Positions 1-7,936 of a stretch of DNA of 48,040 nt are shown piece after piece; positions within the stretch are counted from its first letter, which is position 1, and every line of letters starts with the position of its first letter. The stretch covers positions 1 through 48,040 of IMG/VR virus record IMGVR_UViG_3300025267_000020; one strand, written 5' to 3'. A program made the translations under genes and the position numbers. The stretch is from a virus. Lineage: Duplodnaviria; Caudoviricetes. A model generated the notes under the pieces. The model was not told the DNA's origin. It was given only the letters and a program-made list of their open reading frames with translations, and searched no databases.

Positions 1-1
1 C

Positions 2-1306
2 CACTAGCGCGATCCCTTTCAGCGTCAGCCCGAATGCCACCACCGCCGTCGCCGCCATCCCTAGCTGCCCCACGATCACCAGCAGCACTGGAGCGAATGC
101 CGCCAATGCCCCAAATGCGATCGTGGCTTTTTTCGCCATTGGCCCCAGATCCTGGAACCATTGGATCAGCGCCCGCACTGCTGGCACCACATGCGCCTGC
201 ACGATATCCAGCAACTCATTGAACGATGGGGCTAGCTCATCCCCGATCTGCTGCCCCGTGACCACAAATCGCTGCTTGAGTTTTTCCCAGGCAAACCCCG
301 CCGCATTGACACCTTCCTGCTGCTCCTTCAGCGCCTCCCCGAGTGTCCCGGTGGCTCCTTCCATCGCCTCCAGATTGCCCTTGAATTTCTCCGCCTGCAC
401 GCCCGCGATCCCGGCAATGAAATCCCAGGACTCCGTGGAATCAAACAGCTTCGCCATCTCCAGGGTATTGCCACCCGTCTGCGTAGTCAGCGCCTCCAGC
501 GTCCCCTGGAATCCCAGCGTTTCAATCGCTGCCTCACCCGTCTTAAACCCCAACCGGTCCAGCGCCACAAACATCGCGTCTGACGGTTTCTTGAGTCCCA
601 CCAGCGCCCCACGGTACTGGGTAGACACTTCCGCTGCCCCACCAGTCACTCCCGTCATCGTGGCAAATACCGCGTTCAATTCCTCCTGCGTGATCTTCAA
701 TCCAGATGATGAAATGGCAACCTTTCCGATCGCCCCTGCCAACTCAGGGAAACTCGTCTGCCCCAGCTTGACCGTGGTGAACGCCAGATCCGCTGCCTGC
801 CTCACCCCCTCCGCTGTGGTGGTTCCGTACGCTTTCGTGACTGCGCTGGTGAGTGCAATGGCATCGGATGTGGTTGCCATCCCCGCCGCCGCCGCCTCCA
901 CACTGGTTTTCAGGATCCCCGCCGTGTCAGCTCCATCTCCAAATGCCGAAATAACCTGATACAGCCCCTCCGAAATATCCCCGGTTGATTTCCCCGTTTC
1001 CAGCGCCATATCCTGCACGGCTGTTTTTAGTTCTTTTACACGCTCCACGTTCCCAGGGATCAGCGTTGCCACGTTCGCCATTGACTCATTGAGATCCGTG
1101 GAGAATTTAAACGCTGCTGCTGCCGCCCCGACCATCGGCAACGTGACCCCGGCAGACAACTGGGTGCCCACCCGCCGCGCACTTTTGGAGATCCCTGCCA
1201 GCTTCGCCGTGGCCCCCTTTGCGCCCTCCATCGCCTTCCGCAGCTGTGGGGTAAACTCATCCCGCAGCCGGAACAACGCATCGATCGTGCCCACGTTTAC
1301 AGACAT
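2..1306 (-). CDS. tape measure protein, allele A (TP901-type; 5' part, runs off window start)
   Basis: Not in ORF track. ATG at 1306 reads MSVNVGTIDALFRLRDEF...MANVATLIPGNVERVKELKTAVQD...FTTVKLGQTSFPEL, collinear with 39404..43300. Confidence 0.9.
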   Translation of the reverse strand, partial: MSVNVGTIDALFRLRDEFTPQLRKAMEGAKGATAKLAGISKSARRVGTQLSAGVTLPMVGAAAAAFKFSTDLNESMANVATLIPGNVERVKELKTAVQDMALETGKSTGDISEGLYQVISAFGDGADTAGILKTSVEAAAAGMATTSDAIALTSAVTKAYGTTTAEGVRQAADLAFTTVKLGQTSFPELAGAIGKVAISSSGLKITQEELNAVFATMTGVTGGAAEVSTQYRGALVGLKKPSDAMFVALDRLGFKTGEAAIETLGFQGTLEALTTQTGGNTLEMAKLFDSTESWDFIAGIAGVQAEKFKGNLEAMEGATGTLGEALKEQQEGVNAAGFAWEKLKQRFVVTGQQIGDELAPSFNELLDIVQAHVVPAVRALIQWFQDLGPMAKKATIAFGALAAFAPVLLVIVGQLGMAATAVVAFGLTLKGIALV

Positions 1307-1596
1307 TACTCCCCCTTCACGATCTCCACTTCGTTCCGGATCACATCCTCGATCATTGGCACATCATCCAACTTTTCTCCCTTGGACATGTTGTCAAATC
1401 TCGACTTTGCTGCCGCGTATACACGCATCCGCATGATCTCGAAAATCAGCCGCCTATAATCTTGCTCCAGCTCCGCGATCGCCACGCTGGGAGTGCAGTG
1501 GAATTCCTCACAGATCCGCGAAATAATCCACGCCGATGGTGCCTCTGCTCCCGGCACGCCGTTCAGCGCACGATGCAAAGCCTTTAAACGTTTTTT
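1306..1596 (-). CDS. tail assembly chaperone, -1 frameshift extension (lambda gpT-like), allele A
   Basis: Lacks a good independent start. Entered by -1 slip at A-AAA-AAC (1590-1596), giving AKKRLKALHRALNGVPG; lies between chaperone and tape measure. Confidence 0.75.
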   Translation of the reverse strand, partial: KKRLKALHRALNGVPGAEAPSAWIISRICEEFHCTPSVAIAELEQDYRRLIFEIMRMRVYAAAKSRFDNMSKGEKLDDVPMIEDVIRNEVEIVKGE

Positions 1597-1982
1597 GCTG
1601 CCTCCTCATCCTCCAGTGGATTCCGATCGCAAATCTCCGTCACTAACCAGCGGGCTGTGCGACTGTCCAGATCCCGGATCGATGCTGGCGTCGGCTTTTT
1701 GTCGTAAGACCACCCCACCACCGCCTTCCCGATCAACGTCTCCCAGTCGTACGATTCCACCCGATCCCGTTCCTGCCCCTCCTCACCGTCCGTCTGTTTT
1801 TTAGACGATCGCATAATCGCCTCAAACACATCCCCGCCCATCTCCCGCACGTCCGCCACGCCCTTCCGCTGCCGGACTTTCCCCGCCTCCTCCAGCGCCG
1901 TAAATGACAGCTTCCGCAGCTCGACCCACTGCCCCGCTTCGTGTGGTATTTCCACCTTTTCGATAATCTCTGAAACTAGCAT
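1584..1982 (-). CDS. tail assembly chaperone (lambda gpG-like), allele A
   Basis: AGGAGG RBS, position upstream of tape measure, VVGWSYD motif, homologue at 43581..43976. Confidence 0.8.
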   Translation of the reverse strand: MLVSEIIEKVEIPHEAGQWVELRKLSFTALEEAGKVRQRKGVADVREMGGDVFEAIMRSSKKQTDGEEGQERDRVESYDWETLIGKAVVGWSYDKKPTPASIRDLDSRTARWLVTEICDRNPLEDEEAAKNV

Positions 1983-1991
1983 GATCCCTCC

Positions 1992-2447
1992 TTATAGTTG
2001 TCCCGCCTTGAATGTTTCCAGCACCGCCGCAATCCCCGCCGCAAACTCCTGCTCCATCGCCTTTGCCTCCTCCTCCACGACCGACGCCAGGAAACGCGCC
2101 TGCCCACGTTTTTCGTATTCCCGCCGGACCCCCTTTGATGGATAGTACACGCCCATACCCTCATGCGACAGTGACAGATCCTCATGGATCCTTAACGCAT
2201 ACAACGCCGCTGCGCCGCCCGCCGTCCACCGCACCTGTGGCCCGCGCTTGAGCATTTTGGCTGGCTCTGGCCGCACCGTGCCCCGCAAATCCCCAGACAT
2301 CACTGGGGTGCGCTGCTGCATCTGCTCCGCTCGTGGCTCCGCGATCGTATTCAGCACCCGCACCGAATGCTCCCCGACCGATCCTGCGAGTTTATGCAGC
2401 GCCCGGATCAACGCCTCCGCATCCACCGTCATGCCCGTGTCAGCCAT
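1992..2447 (-). CDS. HK97 gp10-like neck/tail-completion protein, allele A
   Basis: TPVMSGDLR...YALRIHE...GQARFL motifs typical of the family; start approximate. Confidence 0.65.
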   Translation of the reverse strand: MADTGMTVDAEALIRALHKLAGSVGEHSVRVLNTIAEPRAEQMQQRTPVMSGDLRGTVRPEPAKMLKRGPQVRWTAGGAAALYALRIHEDLSLSHEGMGVYYPSKGVRREYEKRGQARFLASVVEEEAKAMEQEFAAGIAAVLETFKAGQL

Positions 2448-2448
2448 C

Positions 2449-2496
2449 ACAAAAAACAAACGGCAGACCGACAGCCACCGCCATCGCTCTGCCGTT
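2449..2496 (-). terminator. hairpin/terminator downstream of pqqA-like gene, allele A
   Basis: AACGGCAGAGCGATGGC-GGTG-GCTGTCGGTCTGCCGTT stem followed by TGTTTTTTG; structure retained in allele B. Confidence 0.7.
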
Positions 2497-2517
2497 CGCC
2501 CCCCCCCAAAAAAACAC

Positions 2518-2589
2518 TCAATCCTGCGTTACATACAGAGATACTTCCATATTCAACGCGATCGGCTGTGCTGTTGGTTTAGTCCACAT
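2518..2589 (-). CDS. pqqA: PqqA-like pyrroloquinoline quinone precursor peptide (23 aa), allele A
   Basis: MWTKPTAQPIALNMEVSLYVTQD: N-terminal MWxKP, E15xxxY19, AGGAG RBS, conserved at 44534..44605. Confidence 0.8.
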   Translation of the reverse strand: MWTKPTAQPIALNMEVSLYVTQD

Positions 2590-2603
2590 ATACCTGCTCC
2601 TTT

Positions 2604-3020
2604 TTAGGCTTCTGTTGCTGCGCCAGATGGCCGGAACGTGGCCCGCACAACGTGCAGCGAATCCCGATCCAGCACCCGCTCATAATCGACGATCCACCCT
2701 TCCACCGTGGTCGTCTTCGATCCGCCGTAGGTCACCACCAGCGTCTTCTGCTGATCCGCTGGCCCGTTTGCCACATCGCCCAGCACGGCATCCGTGGTGT
2801 TGCTGGTGTCGTCGTACCACGCTTCGATCGAAATGTCATCCATCGATCGCACGCCCGTGCTCAGCGACTCCTTCCACGAATCCCCGAAGCCCGTGGAGTC
2901 CACCATGCCTGCGTTGATTTTAATCCCGCCAAAACTGGTAATGTACTGCGACAGATTCCGCGCTGTGCCGCCGCTGTCGTCCAGCGTAATCGCTACTGAG
3001 CTTGGACCGTATTTCGCCAC
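2604..3020 (-). CDS. major tail tube protein, allele A
   Basis: 138 aa beta-rich, DSTGFGDSWKESLSTGVRS motif; 136/138 identical to 44618..45034. Confidence 0.75.
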   Translation of the reverse strand: MAKYGPSSVAITLDDSGGTARNLSQYITSFGGIKINAGMVDSTGFGDSWKESLSTGVRSMDDISIEAWYDDTSNTTDAVLGDVANGPADQQKTLVVTYGGSKTTTVEGWIVDYERVLDRDSLHVVRATFRPSGAATEA

Positions 3021-3035
3021 AATTCCCTCCCTTAC

Positions 3036-3755
3036 CTACCCACGATAAAAGCCCAACATGAACGTGAATGATGGACTCGACCCGCCCACTGTGAAATTCG
3101 CACGGACGTACCGATTGACCGTGCCCGTCACCGTTTTCCGTTCCGCCCCCAGCGCGGTGGCTTGCGTCATCGAAATCAGATCCGCCCAGCTGGAATTATC
3201 CGCTGAATGCTGCACCTTCGCATCCAGGGTGGGGCTTGATCCACTAACTGCCGTAATCTGCAAATACGCAGATCCCCCATCAGAGGAGGAGGCAGTCTGA
3301 TCCTGAGACGCGGAATTCCCCGTGGCGGTTTCCGCCCCCAGCGCATGCAGGATCGTCCCATCCTCGACCGCGCCAGAAATCGTATATGTGCAATTCAGTT
3401 TGTGCAGCGCATCCTTCTCGATCAGCCGATCGACCTGCCCCCCAAACGCGCCTTCAAACCCCGTGAAATCCGTGCCGATCGTCCCGCCCGCTGGAGCCAC
3501 TGACACGATCTGCGATGTGGCCTCATTCCCCACCAGCGCCGTCACCACGGAATTCGTCGCATCATCAAACCAACCAGATTGCGTGAGCGTAGCAGACCGC
3601 ACCCCCACTGGCGTAGCTTCCGCCCACGCATCCCCCAGCGATCCCGTGGATTCTGTGGTCGTCTGCACCTTGTACGTCAGCGTTGAAATCACCCCAGCCA
3701 GCGACCGCCCACCGACCAATATAAACCCAACGCTACTCGCTCCGTATTTCGCCAT
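3036..3755 (-). CDS. tail-tube-like paralogue with C-terminal beta-sandwich domain, allele A
   Basis: Shares MAKYG start and ESTGSLGDAWAEATPVGVRS motif with the neighbouring tube gene; extra C-terminal domain (VQHSADNSSWADL...RYVRA). Confidence 0.65.
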   Translation of the reverse strand: MAKYGASSVGFILVGGRSLAGVISTLTYKVQTTTESTGSLGDAWAEATPVGVRSATLTQSGWFDDATNSVVTALVGNEATSQIVSVAPAGGTIGTDFTGFEGAFGGQVDRLIEKDALHKLNCTYTISGAVEDGTILHALGAETATGNSASQDQTASSSDGGSAYLQITAVSGSSPTLDAKVQHSADNSSWADLISMTQATALGAERKTVTGTVNRYVRANFTVGGSSPSFTFMLGFYRG

Positions 3756-3779
3756 CAGTCAATCCTCCCCCACCGATAG

Positions 3780-4013
3780 CTAGTCAGCATCCGCAGCAGC
3801 CCCGTCATCCGCTGTGATATAGCCATCTTTCTGCAGCCATTTTTGTGCGGATTTCGGTAGCCCCTCACAGACCGCACCAGCCTCCACGCGAATCTCGGAG
3901 ATCGAGGCACGATCGTCCGCCGTCAATTTCGACACACCGCCAGCCTTTTTAATCAGCGCCAGCCCATCCGCGTCAGGATAATTCAGCCCCACCACTGCCC
4001 GATACACCTTCAT
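3780..4013 (-). CDS. small virion-region protein, allele A
   Basis: Start MKVYRAVVGLNYP set by homologue 45793..46020 and ATGA overlap. Confidence 0.7.
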   Translation of the reverse strand: MKVYRAVVGLNYPDADGLALIKKAGGVSKLTADDRASISEIRVEAGAVCEGLPKSAQKWLQKDGYITADDGAAADAD

Positions 4014-4132
4014 GGCTTCTCCGTTCTTTCTGCGCCGCACACCTTACACAGCACGATCGACACGCCCCCGAATCCCGCATGCTCGTGCTGCTTGTCGCTG
4101 CCTGCTCCGCACTTCGTGCATGGCCTGATCAT
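4010..4132 (-). CDS. 40-aa zinc-ribbon microprotein, allele A
   Basis: MIRPCTKCGAGSDKQHEHAGFGGVSIVLCKVCGAERTEKP; ATGA overlaps at both ends; homologue 46017..46139. Confidence 0.75.
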   Translation of the reverse strand: MIRPCTKCGAGSDKQHEHAGFGGVSIVLCKVCGAERTEKP

Positions 4133-4527
4133 GATGGATCCTTGACGAGTCTGGCATTTAGCGCATAGACTGGCCGCTCACTCCGATCCACTTTTAGCAG
4201 GAATGGCGGCGTCGGTTCAATCTGCTCATAAAACACACCAGACAGGGATTCTGCATCAACTCGCCCCAGCGCATCCGATGCCGCCTGCGCATTCGCCCGC
4301 GCCGTGTCATAACTGGCCGCACGCGATAGCACCTGAATCCCTGGAAACTCCCGCCCGATCCCGGCTGCGCCAAACTCCTTCTCCCCCGCTGGCCCACCCG
4401 TCAAAATCACCGCGATCGCAGTGTCTGGCACCGTCTCCGGCAGCGCATCCTCAAACAGATCCGTGCCCACAGCCGTCGCCACACTCTGCGCCACTAGATA
4501 CGCCGTCACTTCCGCCATAGTAGCCAT
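4129..4527 (-). CDS. tail terminator / minor capsid-type neck protein, allele A
   Basis: FPGIQVLSRA..YDTARANA motif, neck position, homologue 46136..46534. Confidence 0.7.
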   Translation of the reverse strand: MATMAEVTAYLVAQSVATAVGTDLFEDALPETVPDTAIAVILTGGPAGEKEFGAAGIGREFPGIQVLSRAASYDTARANAQAASDALGRVDAESLSGVFYEQIEPTPPFLLKVDRSERPVYALNARLVKDPS

Positions 4528-4889
4528 TACGCAAAATACAACACTGACACATACGGCTGATCCGCCGAATCCACCATTGCATCACACCGGAGCAGTGGCC
4601 GGACCACCGATCCCGGCAGCGTAATTTTGTCCTGTGGATCGAATACGGTTTTCCCTAACACCACCAGCTGCGTGGTGGATGTCCGTTCATTCCCGCGATC
4701 GTCCAGTACACGCGCCACCACGTCATGCAGCAGCCCCGTCATGGTGACCGCTGACCCACGAGATGGCCTGCCATTTTTATCCAGGGTGGCGGATGTCGGC
4801 TCCCGCGTAAACGTCACCTGCATCCCGCCGGAATTGGTCACGCTGTGCGCCACAGATACGGCACTATGGATCGCATTCGCAATGCTCAC
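4527..4889 (-). CDS. head closure/stopper protein, allele A
   Basis: GTG start overlapping the previous stop, set by homologue 46534..46896; neck position. Confidence 0.65.
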   Translation of the reverse strand: MSIANAIHSAVSVAHSVTNSGGMQVTFTREPTSATLDKNGRPSRGSAVTMTGLLHDVVARVLDDRGNERTSTTQLVVLGKTVFDPQDKITLPGSVVRPLLRCDAMVDSADQPYVSVLYFA

Positions 4890-5413
4890 GTCCGCACCAG
4901 CCACGCAGTTAATTGCTGCCGCTTCCGCAGGGTATACACCCAACTCGGAGCCAGCAAAAAAAACACCGCATCAGGGACCACCTTTGGCCCGCCGCGCCCA
5001 GAAAACTGCAAATTAACTGGGCCAGCCTTTAGCCCCGTGATCCCCTTGGTGGATATCGCATCATCCGCCATGCGATCCTCAGCGATCACCTGCCTCGCAA
5101 ATTCCGCCGTGGCATCTCGGAGTCCCGCAGGCACCGCATCCGAATCCAGCCCGTACCCGTTCCGATCCCACATCCCAGTCCTGGGCCAGTTCAACCGCTG
5201 CACGGAATCCGCTGCCGCCCCCGTCCAGTCCACATGCTGATCCAGCAGCCGCGTGGACATCAGCAACGCCTGATCTTTTTCGTCTCCGGATGCACTCGAC
5301 CACGTTGTGCCGGATTGCGGATGATCGGCATCATACTGATCCGCATCCGCCCGCGTGCAGTAGGTGTTTGCGTTTGCCGCGCCCGCCGTCGCCACCAGCG
5401 TAGACACCGCCAT
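4886..5413 (-). CDS. head-tail adaptor (DnaT-like family of phage neck proteins), allele A
   Basis: ANANTYCT...ADADQY...QALL...QRLNWPR motifs. Confidence 0.75.
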   Translation of the reverse strand: MAVSTLVATAGAANANTYCTRADADQYDADHPQSGTTWSSASGDEKDQALLMSTRLLDQHVDWTGAAADSVQRLNWPRTGMWDRNGYGLDSDAVPAGLRDATAEFARQVIAEDRMADDAISTKGITGLKAGPVNLQFSGRGGPKVVPDAVFFLLAPSWVYTLRKRQQLTAWLVRT

Positions 5414-5571
5414 CAGTCACCGACCTGCCTGCGTACCGGTTTCCGTATCGTGGCCCGTCCCGCTTTCTTCTGTCCTGGCTTCGCATGCTGCTCTGGATCA
5501 AAATCCGCCGCATTGATCACCAGCGCATTCCCCGCCCGATCCACCACCGCGATCGTCTCAACTTCTGCCAC
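5413..5571 (-). CDS. 52-aa protein downstream of capsid gene, allele A
   Basis: GGAGG RBS and GTG start; LVINAADFDP motif, basic tail; homologue 47420..47569. Confidence 0.7.
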   Translation of the reverse strand: MAEVETIAVVDRAGNALVINAADFDPEQHAKPGQKKAGRATIRKPVRRQVGD

Positions 5572-5656
5572 GCTCACCTCCACCAGCATGGCGAATGCCG
5601 TGGCCAGCCTCTCCAGTACCAACCACGGCACTCCCCCTCGCTGTCCGCTGAGACAG

Positions 5657-6772
5657 TTAGCCCGCGATCCGTGCAGCCAGTTCCCGCCGGACCAGCTGTG
5701 CGCCATACAGAATGTCGAAACTGTACCGCGTTTGCTTGTGCTGGCGAGTGACCTCCAGCCGCAGCGTCAACCCGCTATCAGGATCAAACGTCGATTCGAC
5801 AATGGTGCCCAATCGTCGATCCTCATCCGTCGCCGCCAGTGGTCGTGTCGCAAACGCAAACGCATCCCGATGAAAAGCCAGATTAACAACATGGCTAGCC
5901 TTGAACGTGAGTGCTGCATTATCCGCCCAGGCAACTTTTGCCGTTGGGTACATCGTGATTACGGTTGCCGTGGAGCTTGCAACCGTATACGTTTGCGTGT
6001 CGCCTGCAACGGTGAACACATCACCAGCCGCTGGCGCGGTTCCGCCACCGTCCCATGTCAACGTAGTGTCACCGACAGACACAGACGCATCGTTGACAAG
6101 GATCGTCCCTGCACCCGTCGTGGTGTGTGTCGGAACGTTCTGACTCATCGCCCACAACGAACCGAGCTTGCGACCGATCTGACCGTTAGCGATGACACCA
6201 TCCCCGCCACCGTACGAGGCATCCTGAAACGCTCGCAAGTTGATCGCATTCGCCTCAGCATCAGGATCGATGACACAGAAACGCGGCTCCATTGGCGCAA
6301 GTTGATTCGCCAACGCTTTTCGCGCATTCGTGAACGCGGTTAAATCTGACGCAAATGGCGTGGTTCCAGCCGTTCCCGCATACCCATAAATCCCGGTGTA
6401 CTTGCCCCAAATATAGCTATCGACGTTGTTTGCCAACGCCTTGATCGCTTCTGACGCTTGCATCGGAATCGTGCCATCCATCACCTCAAGACGCTCTTTG
6501 TCTGTGAGGTAGAATGGAGCCTCGTACCACTGATCCAACGCAATCGAAACTTTGGTTGGTGCTGAATCTGAATTGGCTGGTGGCGTGATCGCCGGACTCA
6601 CAGCAGACGCTGTGATCGCTGACGGAATAGGGACATCAATTGTACTGCCTTGCTCACCGGCCATCTCGTCATATGACCGATTGACCACTCTTGGCATCAC
6701 GACTTGCTCACGAAGAGCCAGCAGCCCTTGAGCCAAGAGTTTGGGTATAACCTGCGTCCAAGTGTTAGCCAC
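5657..6772 (-). CDS. major capsid protein (P22 coat/gp5-like)
   Basis: 371 aa, GSTIDVPIP...LAFHRDAFAFATRPL...FDILYG motifs; downstream of scaffold gene. Confidence 0.9.
   Translation of the reverse strand: MANTWTQVIPKLLAQGLLALREQVVMPRVVNRSYDEMAGEQGSTIDVPIPSAITASAVSPAITPPANSDSAPTKVSIALDQWYEAPFYLTDKERLEVMDGTIPMQASEAIKALANNVDSYIWGKYTGIYGYAGTAGTTPFASDLTAFTNARKALANQLAPMEPRFCVIDPDAEANAINLRAFQDASYGGGDGVIANGQIGRKLGSLWAMSQNVPTHTTTGAGTILVNDASVSVGDTTLTWDGGGTAPAAGDVFTVAGDTQTYTVASSTATVITMYPTAKVAWADNAALTFKASHVVNLAFHRDAFAFATRPLAATDEDRRLGTIVESTFDPDSGLTLRLEVTRQHKQTRYSFDILYGAQLVRRELAARIAG
5913..6037. repeat. 125-bp exact direct repeat (internal copy of window end)
   Basis: Identical to 47916..48040 by eye; offset 42003. 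Confidence 0.95.
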
Positions 6773-6974
6773 TGTATTTCCCCTTTTTTAGATATCCATA
6801 ATACCTCCCACCGGGAGTACAAAACGGCTCCGCCGTTATGCGACAGAAACAACCACGACATTCAACCAAAAACCAATCGCAGCACAGCCACAATCAGTCA
6901 CTCGAAAACTTTTCCGTTACCATTAAAACATAAAAAAGACAACACGACAACACCAGAAAAAAAAACAACACCCA

Positions 6975-7008
6975 TAAAAAAAGAGCTGTCATTTTTTACA
7001 GCCCTTTT
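6975..7008 (-). terminator. intrinsic terminator closing the small-gene island
   Basis: AAAGGGCTGT-loop-ACAGCTCTTT followed by T run. Confidence 0.65.
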
Positions 7009-7030
7009 AAATATCGTCGAAACCAAATTT

Positions 7031-7126
7031 CTACAAAAATTCAAGATTTACTTCTACGTCTCGATCCCAACCTTTATTGGTAGACCCACAAAGCAGCCCG
7101 ACCGCGTTGTGCGTTTCGTTAATCAT
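7031..7126 (-). CDS. putative leaderless 31-aa peptide
   Basis: MINETHNAVGLLCGSTNKGWDRDVEVNLEFL; ATG 7 nt after the -10 box, as in other cassettes. Confidence 0.35.
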   Translation of the reverse strand: MINETHNAVGLLCGSTNKGWDRDVEVNLEFL

Positions 7127-7132
7127 GAATAA

Positions 7133-7201
7133 ATAATATACTGCAATTCACCGCACGTCAAGAAAAAAAATGCGCCATCTCAAAAAAAGAAACAGCGCAT
7201 T
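7133..7201 (-). promoter_or_regulatory. terminator-promoter cassette 1
   Basis: AATGCGCTGTTTC-Tn-GAGATGGCGCATT hairpin, T tract, TTGACG-17-TATTAT. Confidence 0.8.
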
Positions 7202-7253
7202 GCACCCAACGAAACACGACGCCCAGCACACACCTCCTGAACCGTACCAGCGA

Positions 7254-7472
7254 TCACCAACCAAGATCCTCATACATTTCAACAATGTCATTGATGCTTT
7301 TTGTAACTCGCTCAGACTCCCCATCAACCGCGTTATTAAATGCCGACAAATCGAAATCAGGATCACGCCTCTTCAACATTTCCCCTAAATCCTGAGTGAT
7401 TCGATCTTCACTTGTCCGCTCATTGTCCGACAACACCTGCACAATTCCATCAACGTATTCATCGATTGCCAT
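7254..7472 (-). CDS. small hypothetical phage protein
   Basis: GGAGG RBS; C-terminal RRDPDFDLSAF motif resembles small phage proteins. Confidence 0.6.
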   Translation of the reverse strand: MAIDEYVDGIVQVLSDNERTSEDRITQDLGEMLKRRDPDFDLSAFNNAVDGESERVTKSINDIVEMYEDLGW

Positions 7473-7486
7473 TTTTTTATTCCTCC

Positions 7487-7897
7487 CTAGACATAAACCG
7501 GTTCTGCGCCACAGTGATCACACTCTTCCCAAATCTGTGATCGTCGCGTTTCCGTTTGCCGACACGCCCTGCAACCTTGATTCACATACGATCTCGCCAC
7601 TGGACGATCTTGACCCTCGCTCGCAACCTCTTCCGCTTCATCCTGATTCACACGAGTCATCAAAATCAAATCGCTTTTACTGGATGCCGTTTCAACAATT
7701 TGCACGTCGTCATTCTGCCAAACGATCTTCGTAACAACAGCCTCCCACGTTTTCCCCGCTCGCGTCCGAACCACAACCCCATCACCAACAATCGCACACC
7801 GCCCCTCCGACACCGCAATTCTTGCGCCCCATTTCCCGCTACGAAGCTTGGTTGGCGTTGCTTCCAAATCGTCAAATTCGTTAATGTCATGAATCAT
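7487..7897 (-). CDS. hypothetical protein with SH3-like N-terminus and C-terminal CxxC/CxxC
   Basis: AAAGGA RBS behind cassette 2; TKLRSGKWGAR motif; CRAC/CDHC. Confidence 0.7.
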   Translation of the reverse strand: MIHDINEFDDLEATPTKLRSGKWGARIAVSEGRCAIVGDGVVVRTRAGKTWEAVVTKIVWQNDDVQIVETASSKSDLILMTRVNQDEAEEVASEGQDRPVARSYVNQGCRACRQTETRRSQIWEECDHCGAEPVYV

Positions 7898-7936
7898 GTT
7901 GTTTCCTTTGTTGTTCCTTTTCTTTATCGTGTGTAT

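Noticed and set aside
123-959. Long plus-strand ORFs (e.g. 123..959, 5234..6343, 29022..29897)
   Set aside because: Antisense shadows of well-supported minus-strand genes; no RBS or motifs.
6800-6840. Two small hairpins upstream of the capsid gene as a structured ncRNA
   Set aside because: Stems are short and there is no second copy to show covariation.
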